64,000 nucleotides of DNA from Candidatus Saccharimonadia bacterium. GTDB lineage: Bacteria > Patescibacteriota > Saccharimonadia > UBA4664. Under the pieces are notes generated by a model, which worked only from the letters and a program-made list of their open reading frames with translations, was not told where the DNA came from and ran no database searches. The first letter of the stretch is position 1. The number at the start of each line of letters is the position of its first letter. The stretch is taken from positions 512 through 64,511 of the forward strand of contig JBBSBR010000001.1 in the NCBI GenBank assembly GCA_038251135.1, read 5' to 3'. Positions 57,206 to 64,000 of the stretch are shown here, piece after piece. The position numbers and the translations under genes were made by a program.

Positions 57206-57466
57206 ATGAAAATCACTATCTACAGCACCAAGACCTGCCCGTACTGCACCATGCTCAAACGTTGGTTGGATGACAAGCAAGTACCATACACCAACTTCAA
57301 TGTGGAAGACGACCAAACCGCCGCTCGAACCATGATGAACCTCAGCGGCCAGATGGGCGTACCGTTCAGCACTATCGAATTCGACGATGGTCGAATGGCC
57401 AAGATCCTCGGCTTCGACGTGCCGCGCTTTGAAGCAGCCCTGTCTGCGGTTAAGACGAGCGCCTAA
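57206..57466 (+). CDS. Glutaredoxin-like protein (NrdH/YruB type)
   Basis: YSTKTCPYC, SGQMGVP, ILGFD. Confidence 0.93.
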   Translation: MKITIYSTKTCPYCTMLKRWLDDKQVPYTNFNVEDDQTAARTMMNLSGQMGVPFSTIEFDDGRMAKILGFDVPRFEAALSAVKTSA

Positions 57467-57496
57467 TAAACTATTTTCCGACGAAAGGTAAACACC

Positions 57497-57718
57497 ATGC
57501 AGTTTGCAAAATTTATGGCTAGCGTTTGGGGTCGGACGCTGCGGATCGTTGCCGGGGTCGTAATAGTTTATCTCGGGCTGTACGCGGTACGCGGCAGCGG
57601 CGGCAGCATTCTGGCATTTATCGGCCTAATACCGTTAGCTGCCGGCGTCCTTGATGTCTGCCTCCTGGCTCCCCTCTTTGGCGCGCCGTTGTCGGGCAAA
57701 GACGTCCGTAATTCCTAG
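57497..57718 (+). CDS. DUF2892/YgaP-like membrane protein
   Basis: GRTLRIVAG..GLIPLAAG..C.LAPLFG. Confidence 0.85.
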   Translation: MQFAKFMASVWGRTLRIVAGVVIVYLGLYAVRGSGGSILAFIGLIPLAAGVLDVCLLAPLFGAPLSGKDVRNS

Positions 57719-57874
57719 GGTCAGGTAACCAGTCTCACTGGGGAGTCGACCGGGTTAGATTGTCGCGGTGTCGCATTAGGTGCGCCCCGCTCCTCCGCGC
57801 TGGCTGTCGGCTCAGGCCGTATTTACACCCATCCTCGACAGTAGTGCTAGTATATAAACATAGAGGGAATAATC

Positions 57875-60337
57875 TTGACCAAAGAAAAAATTGTTATCGT
57901 CGGCGGAGTCGCCGGTGGCGCAACGGCAGCCGCCCGGGCCCGACGCCTGAGTGAAACAGCCGAAATTATAATTATCGAAAAAGGGCCGTACATATCGTTT
58001 GCCAACTGCGGTTTACCCTATTATATTGGCGGCATAATCAGCGACAAAGACCGGCTGCTCCTGCAGACTCCGGCTGCTATGCGTAAGCGCTTCGGCATTG
58101 ACGCCCGAACCGGACATGAAGTTACCGCCCTGCATCCCTCCAAGAAAACGGTAACCGTCACCGACCTGGCCAGCGGAAAAACTTACCAGGAAACATACAC
58201 CAAGCTGATCCTGGCCACCGGTGCGATCCCGTTTATACCCCCGATCGCCGGTCTCGAAGACGTCGAACATTACGTGCTGCGGGATATTCCTGATTCGGAC
58301 CGAATTAAAACCTTGGTCGACAGCGGCTTGGCGCACCATGTGCTCATCGTAGGCGCCGGCGCGATCTCGTTAGAGTTGGCAGAGAACCTCATAACAAAAG
58401 GTTCGGCGGTCACTATAGTCGAAGCATCCGGCCACGTGTTACCGCAACTCGACCTGGAAATCGCCCGCATCATGGAAACCGAACTCAGAGCCAAAGGTAT
58501 AACCCTACACTTGGGCGCGTCCCTCCAGTCGGTCGGTTCGGACGGCGGCAGGGTTCTGGCAACTCTGGCGAACGGCGAAACGATCAGCGCCGACACACTG
58601 GTGCTGGTAGCCGGGATCCGACCCAACACGGCTCTGGCGAAAGCCGCACATATCACGCTCGATGAACGAGGTCTCATCGTCACCGATACCCGCCTCCGTA
58701 CCTCGGTAAAGACCATTTTTGCGGTTGGCGACAGCATTGCCATACGCGAGTTAGTCAGCGGCAGCCGCGTCAATATTGCTCTAGCCGGACCGGCCAATAA
58801 GCAAGCCCGCGTGGCGGCCGCCAATGCCTTGGGCGGCGACGAAGCCTATTCGGGCGCGCTCGCGACGGCAATCGTGAGCGCTTTTGGGTTGGCGGCCGCC
58901 TCTACCGGACTCAGCTCATTTCAACTCGAAAAGAACGGTCAGGAATTCAGCCAAACGATTATCCACTCAACTTCCCATGCCGGCTATTATCCGGCGGCGA
59001 TGCCGCTGACCGTGAAGTTGCTCTTCGGCAAAAACGGGGAAATTTTTGGAGCGCAGGCTATCGGCCGGGAGGGCGCCGACAAACGCATCGATGTAATCGC
59101 CACCGCCATGCGGGGCCGCATGGACGTCCATGACTTGGCGCGCCTCGACTTAGCTTACAGTCCGCCCTACTCGAGCGCGAAAGACCCGGTCAACATGGTC
59201 GCCTTTACCGCCGAAAATATTCTCAGCGGCCTCATGAAGCCGTTTTCGCACAGCCAATTGCCATCCTTAACGCCGCAAGACGTCTTACTTGACGTTCGCA
59301 CCCCGGAAGAGTTCGACCTCGGCGCCATCAAGGGTGCCGTGAACATGCCCGTGGACGGTCTGCGCGAAAACCTCCACACTCTGCCCAAATCCAAGAAGCT
59401 GTATGTCTATTGTGCCAGCGGGCAACGGTCATATCTGGCTGGACGCATACTCGCCCAGCGCGGTTTCGACTGCTACAACCTGATTGGCGGATACCACACC
59501 TATAAGGACGTATATCTGCAGGAACCGACTGCCGCCGCTCCGACACAAAGCTCCGAACAGTCGCTGGCAGCCGCACCTATCCAGACTCTGACCGTTCCGA
59601 CGGATTCTGAGATAACCGTTACCCTCGACACCTGTGGCCTGTCCTGTCCCGGTCCCCTGCACAAAGTATTTGAAACCGCGAAAAAACTCAATCCGGGCGA
59701 TACGATCAAGGTTACGGCCACGGATCCGGCTTTTGCCAGCGATATCGTTGCTTGGTGCGACCGCACCGGCAATACCTTGCTGCAGCAGAGTACCGACGAC
59801 GGCATCATTACCGCAATTCTGCGCAAAGGCCCGGCAACGCACGCGATTCATATCGATCACGCCGAGAATAACGCCAAAACCTTCATAATCTTTTCCGATG
59901 ATATCGACAAGGTTATCGCCTCGTTCATACTCGCTAACGGCGGAGTCTCAATGGGCCGAGACGTTACCATGTTTTTCACCTTCTGGGGCTTAAACGTCTT
60001 GCGCAAGCCCGGATCAGTTCCCATACAGAAGGATCCAATTTCTCAAGTATTCGGCTTAATGATGCCCAAGGGCAGCAAGCACCTGCACCTGTCGCAGATG
60101 AATATGGGCGGTATGGGCACCTCGTTGATCCGCTGGCTGATGATCAAAAAGAACATCGGCACGCTTGAGACACTCATCCAGCAGGCTAGGGACGGCGGCG
60201 TTCACATGATCGCCTGCTCCACCAGTATGGACATTATGGGCATCAAAAAAGAGGAGCTCATCGACGGGATCGAAATCGGCGGAGTCGCGTCCTATTATAA
60301 TGCCGCCGAACGGGCTGATACGAATCTGTTTATTTAG
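57875..60337 (+). CDS. CoA-disulfide/persulfide reductase fused to rhodanese, TusA(SirA) and DsrE domains
   Basis: GGVAGG, SFANCGLPY, YSPPYSSAKD, DVRTPEEF..YCASGQRS, LDTCGLSCPGP, FFTFWG..ACSTSMD. Confidence 0.93.
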   Translation: MTKEKIVIVGGVAGGATAAARARRLSETAEIIIIEKGPYISFANCGLPYYIGGIISDKDRLLLQTPAAMRKRFGIDARTGHEVTALHPSKKTVTVTDLASGKTYQETYTKLILATGAIPFIPPIAGLEDVEHYVLRDIPDSDRIKTLVDSGLAHHVLIVGAGAISLELAENLITKGSAVTIVEASGHVLPQLDLEIARIMETELRAKGITLHLGASLQSVGSDGGRVLATLANGETISADTLVLVAGIRPNTALAKAAHITLDERGLIVTDTRLRTSVKTIFAVGDSIAIRELVSGSRVNIALAGPANKQARVAAANALGGDEAYSGALATAIVSAFGLAAASTGLSSFQLEKNGQEFSQTIIHSTSHAGYYPAAMPLTVKLLFGKNGEIFGAQAIGREGADKRIDVIATAMRGRMDVHDLARLDLAYSPPYSSAKDPVNMVAFTAENILSGLMKPFSHSQLPSLTPQDVLLDVRTPEEFDLGAIKGAVNMPVDGLRENLHTLPKSKKLYVYCASGQRSYLAGRILAQRGFDCYNLIGGYHTYKDVYLQEPTAAAPTQSSEQSLAAAPIQTLTVPTDSEITVTLDTCGLSCPGPLHKVFETAKKLNPGDTIKVTATDPAFASDIVAWCDRTGNTLLQQSTDDGIITAILRKGPATHAIHIDHAENNAKTFIIFSDDIDKVIASFILANGGVSMGRDVTMFFTFWGLNVLRKPGSVPIQKDPISQVFGLMMPKGSKHLHLSQMNMGGMGTSLIRWLMIKKNIGTLETLIQQARDGGVHMIACSTSMDIMGIKKEELIDGIEIGGVASYYNAAERADTNLFI

Positions 60338-60395
60338 CTACGGCACTCATAGCCGCCCCGGCTCTGCCCGCGTACGGAGAGGTTCATGGCTTTAT

Positions 60396-60743
60396 TCATG
60401 ACGCCGCCTCGATATCTTTGAGGCGAGTCCTTAAGAGTTCCGAGATTATGGATTCCGGGATGGGATGATCGGTCGTAAAATGAATTGAACCTTTCGATAA
60501 TTCAAAGCCGCCCAACTGTTCTGCTAAGACCTCGATGGGATGCGATGTCGGAAAGACGCTCAGATGATTTTTGAATGCGGCAAGCCCAATCAGGTACTGC
60601 TTGTGGTATCTGAAGGCCGGTATGCCGTAACTTATGACCTCCTCGGCCTCGGGGACCGCTTTCCGTACGATCTTCCGCACTCGTTCAAGCCCGGCTTTTT
60701 GCGCGGGCGTTACCTGCTGCAGATAGTCGTCAATTGCCGACAT
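60396..60743 (-). CDS. DUF1801 (YdhG-like) protein
   Basis: IDDYL, PEAEEVISYGIPAF, AFKNH, SKGSIHF. Confidence 0.88.
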   Translation of the reverse strand: MSAIDDYLQQVTPAQKAGLERVRKIVRKAVPEAEEVISYGIPAFRYHKQYLIGLAAFKNHLSVFPTSHPIEVLAEQLGGFELSKGSIHFTTDHPIPESIISELLRTRLKDIEAAS

Positions 60744-60811
60744 GATTTTATTTTATCAAAAGACCAGATCACGAAAGAAGTCTCTAAAACACCGATTGGC
60801 GGAGTTACCGA

Positions 60812-61201
60812 TTAAGGTTCTCGCAAACTGCGCACAGTTATTTCCTGCAGAGCCCATGAATTGCCGTCCGGGTCGGCAAAATATACATATTTCACGCCTC
60901 CCATATCATTGATTTCACTTAATTCGACACCCCTGTCCGATAACATCTGTCGGGCTTTAGCCACATCCTCCACTACCAGGTGCAGGTTCTTGACTGAGCC
61001 CGGCTCGACTTCGCCATTCCCCATTCCGGTACCGAAAACTATTGAACATGCCGAACCGGGCGGAGTCAGTTGGATAACCCGCATGCCGTTGCCCGGCTGC
61101 ACGTCATGATCCAAATGAAAGCCGACTTTTTCCACATAAAAAGCCAAACTTCGTTCCGGATCGGCTACGGGCAGTGGCACCAGTTCAAGTTTCATGTCCA
61201 T
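60812..61201 (-). CDS. VOC/glyoxalase family protein
   Basis: LPVAD..FY..VGF, QLTPPGS, FADPDGNSW. Confidence 0.92.
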   Translation of the reverse strand: MDMKLELVPLPVADPERSLAFYVEKVGFHLDHDVQPGNGMRVIQLTPPGSACSIVFGTGMGNGEVEPGSVKNLHLVVEDVAKARQMLSDRGVELSEINDMGGVKYVYFADPDGNSWALQEITVRSLREP

Positions 61202-61408
61202 AGTCAGATATTCCCCTCTAGGTTTATAGCATTTTCGAGCTAGCTTCTATGATAACAAAATAATCCGTGGACCCTCTTTGAAATATGTATCATGCGCGGT
61301 ATCTCGACTGTAATTAGAAAACGTAGGCCGCACATTAGTAAATTGTAGGTTTGGCTATAATAATTACCAAGTAAGTCCAGTTAACTGAAGATGTAATAAG
61401 GAGATTCC

Positions 61409-61741
61409 ATGGCAGAGAACATTAAACTACTCGTCTACCCCGCCAAGGATTTGAATGCTGGAAAGGCATTTTTTAATACTTTACTTGGTGTCCAGCCATA
61501 CGTAGACGGCGACTATTACGTAGGATATACAGCAGATAACCTGGAAATTGGTCTGGATCCAAACGGACAGGCACTAATTGCCTATATCGACGTCCGAGAT
61601 ATTCAATCGAGTCTGCAAACCTTATTGGACGCCGGTGCCAGCACCTACCAAGACGTCAAAGACGTGGGCGGCGGCATGTTGATTGCTCAAGTCAAAGATG
61701 CGAATGGTAATGTTTTAGGCCTAAGGCAAAAAGCAAAATAA
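61409..61741 (+). CDS. VOC/glyoxalase family protein
   Basis: YPAKDL, DVGGG, DANGNVLGL; AAGGAG SD. Confidence 0.9.
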   Translation: MAENIKLLVYPAKDLNAGKAFFNTLLGVQPYVDGDYYVGYTADNLEIGLDPNGQALIAYIDVRDIQSSLQTLLDAGASTYQDVKDVGGGMLIAQVKDANGNVLGLRQKAK

Positions 61742-61829
61742 ACACCGTTCGGATATCACGCAATTATGTATTGTCGATTCGCAACCGGCACTCATACGCC
61801 TCCGATCTTCCCACCCAAGGGACCGGCTC

Positions 61830-62228
61830 CTAGCCTTTAGCCCGGTTATAGCTTATGGCGGCACTAACGAGCGCCTTCAGCGAACCTTCCGCTATGTTAT
61901 CACCTTCGGAACAATCGATAGCCCGCCACTTGCTGCCCGTCAGACCGGCGTTGAAGAGCTGGTCGGGATCACTGAGCGCTGCGCCGTCCTGGAAGACGAG
62001 TTTCACGCGATGCTTGAAGATATTTCCAACACAGATAATTCCGTTGAGCGACCAGACGGGCGATCCCATCCATTTCCACTCCTCAATGATCTCGGGATCG
62101 GCTTCGAGGATAGTCCTACGGAGCTTCGCCAGCATGGCACCGCGCCAGTCTTGATTCTGTGCGATCAGATTGTCGATTTTTTCACTGGGAGTCATGGTAT
62201 CTTCGCTCATTTTGCTCGCCCCAATCAT
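61830..62228 (-). CDS. DUF1801 family protein
   Basis: DWRG..LR..I.EADP..EEWKWMGSPVW, GAAL.DP..LFNA. Confidence 0.88.
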   Translation of the reverse strand: MIGASKMSEDTMTPSEKIDNLIAQNQDWRGAMLAKLRRTILEADPEIIEEWKWMGSPVWSLNGIICVGNIFKHRVKLVFQDGAALSDPDQLFNAGLTGSKWRAIDCSEGDNIAEGSLKALVSAAISYNRAKG

Positions 62229-62346
62229 ATGCTTGAGCCAATTATACGCTAAGTGATGAATTATACCTCTGCTTAAGTAAAAATAGTTTCTTTTACGACT
62301 GCTAATTATGAATGGAGAACCATCAGCTTAATTATTGCCCAGTGTT

Positions 62347-62988
62347 TCAGCTGGCAAGTTGAGCAAAACTTCCCCAAGTAGCTTCTAGTTTTGCCAGCGT
62401 AAGGTGCTTATTCATTTCCTCGCCATAATACCCCCTCAGATTATCCGGAAGTTGCTCTAGATACGACCACGATTTTAACCAGCGTTCAGTACGGATACTG
62501 CGCGCTACGTCGGCTTTTGTAAAGGTAATCTCACCAAAGTCGATTAATATCACGTTGCCTCGAGTATCAAGCCCATTATTAACCGTCAGATTGAATACTT
62601 TTTCGCAAAAACCATAACCCCAATGAAAGATAACCAGCCCAATATAGGCATCAATAAGTGTCTTGCCCTGCTCGATATCCACAGAGTTAAAAATCTTGTT
62701 GAGTGTTTTTACTTTATCCTGAGTATAGACAGCGCTCTCCGCGAATATTGGATGGCCGAGGCTCGCTGAGAGTTCGGGGCGTTCAGTGATAAGTTGGTTA
62801 ATGCGACGCGCAGATCGAATTGCGGTTTTCGGGTGGTTCGCCGTCAATTTATTAGCAGGCATTTTGCCCGGTTCATACCAGCGTCTTATCACTTCGAGTG
62901 TTTCATCTTGAGACAGGGGCTTTTTGACTACCCGGCCGTCACCCGTATCGTAGACTCTGTACTGCGCTCCTTGACCGATTAATTTCAT
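62347..62988 (-). CDS. Hypothetical protein with protein-kinase-like motifs
   Basis: IGQGAQYRVY, VVKK, NNG, LIDFGE. Confidence 0.6.
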   Translation of the reverse strand: MKLIGQGAQYRVYDTGDGRVVKKPLSQDETLEVIRRWYEPGKMPANKLTANHPKTAIRSARRINQLITERPELSASLGHPIFAESAVYTQDKVKTLNKIFNSVDIEQGKTLIDAYIGLVIFHWGYGFCEKVFNLTVNNGLDTRGNVILIDFGEITFTKADVARSIRTERWLKSWSYLEQLPDNLRGYYGEEMNKHLTLAKLEATWGSFAQLAS

Positions 62989-63110
62989 AGCATAATCATA
63001 ACAAACCCAACACTCTCCCGAAGAAGTCGTTAAGCATAATAGTCATGAAAGTCCATAACGAAAGTAATCGTAACTAAACTACTGTCAGTATTTTAAGCAT
63101 ACGCAAACGT

Positions 63111-63440
63111 TTATTTGCTGAGTTTTTTCGCAATGTCATTGTTCAGATCTTCGCGCCATTTATCAGCGTATGTCTTTGCGCCCTCGATCAGCTCATCACA
63201 AAACGCTGCCACGTCATCGCCGGTAATTTCGAGCGCGTTTCTGCCGTTTGCCGCGCCCTCTTCAAAGAGATCAAGCAAACCCTTGAAGACGTCCATCGAA
63301 TCCTGACCCGAAGCCTTCCACATGTAAGGCTTTATTTCGTCGTAAACTATTTGATAATCTTTCGGCAGAGCTTTGGCCCGCGCTTCCATCGCATTCCACT
63401 CTTTTTTATCACCAATGATTTTCTTTATAAAGTCACTCAT
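63111..63440 (-). CDS. DUF1048 family protein
   Basis: IGDKKEW..ARAKALPKDY, LLDLFEEGAA, TGDDVAAFCDEL. Confidence 0.9.
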   Translation of the reverse strand: MSDFIKKIIGDKKEWNAMEARAKALPKDYQIVYDEIKPYMWKASGQDSMDVFKGLLDLFEEGAANGRNALEITGDDVAAFCDELIEGAKTYADKWREDLNNDIAKKLSK

Positions 63441-63762
63441 TCTCAGCCTCCTTTAATTCGTTAATCTTTGACGACACGAAGTCCCACTTAGCCCAAAAGT
63501 GCTGGAGTTCCTCGCGACCCGCTTCCGTAAGCGTATAAAACTTACGAGGAGGTCCCAGATCGGACGGTTTTTTCTCAATGCTGACGAGATCGTTCTTTTC
63601 GAGCCGCACCAATATCGTGTAAACCGTACCTTCTACCACATCAGTAAAACCGAGTTTGCGCAGTTGCTGGGTAATTTCGTAACCGTAGGTTTTATTGCGC
63701 CCGATGATTTCCAGCACGCAACCCTCGAGCGAGCCTTTTAGCATTTCTGTGATGTTTTCCAT
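63433..63762 (-). CDS. PadR family transcriptional regulator
   Basis: EMLKGSLEG, YGYEI, EGTVYTILVRLEK, GPPRKFY; GAAAGGAG SD. Confidence 0.95.
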   Translation of the reverse strand: MENITEMLKGSLEGCVLEIIGRNKTYGYEITQQLRKLGFTDVVEGTVYTILVRLEKNDLVSIEKKPSDLGPPRKFYTLTEAGREELQHFWAKWDFVSSKINELKEAENE

Positions 63763-64000
63763 GCAATCTCTCCTTTCTGCAATCATTGGGTATATAGGAT
63801 TACTTACTACCACTACATAGTAACACGCACTAGTAAAATAGGTCAACCGGTCTGTGATATATAGCCTGGATTATCAATGTATATGCCGGCAGCGACTGCT
63901 TCGTAAGAATTCGTAGTTAGTAGATCTGACATTGTTGCTTTGCGACCTTCACTAATTCGTGCGCGGATTCACTCCGCCGACTCATGACTTGCATACTTCG

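Overview
Bacterial chromosomal window with standard code 11 (TGA is used as a stop). Gene content points to a Patescibacteria/CPR organism, most likely Saccharimonadia-like (inference): short AlaRS lacking the C-Ala domain, FtsA-like plus baseplate-J-like genes, RpfB-like and LysM-CHAP cell-wall proteins, and stand-alone receiver domains. The 1-33 kb part is a minus-strand housekeeping backbone (obgE, mltG, ruvX, ftsA-like, alaS, mnmA, iscS, tatD, metG, rsmA, pcrA, tpiA, pgk, pyk), interrupted by single orphan genes that carry their own Shine-Dalgarno sites. The 33-64 kb part is accessory-rich: an ABC exporter, tRNA-Glu, a flavinylation module (FMN-binding protein, ApbE, ferric reductase), an MprF-type synthase, a Fur-led persulfide operon with a perfect 33-bp operator palindrome, and VOC/DUF1801/PadR stress genes. 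The best candidate for an undescribed system is 39.1-44.7 kb: an N-acyl-amino-acid-synthase/LuxI-like acyltransferase coupled to a Zn-less ThiF adenylase, a divergent PlsC acyltransferase, a 7TM-GAF histidine kinase and two receiver-only proteins, which together suggest a lipid-derived signal make-and-sense locus. The second candidate is an unrecognised structured RNA leader upstream of the LysM-CHAP gene. No CRISPR array, rRNA, integrase or transposase was seen. All product calls come from motif recognition by eye; no searches were run.
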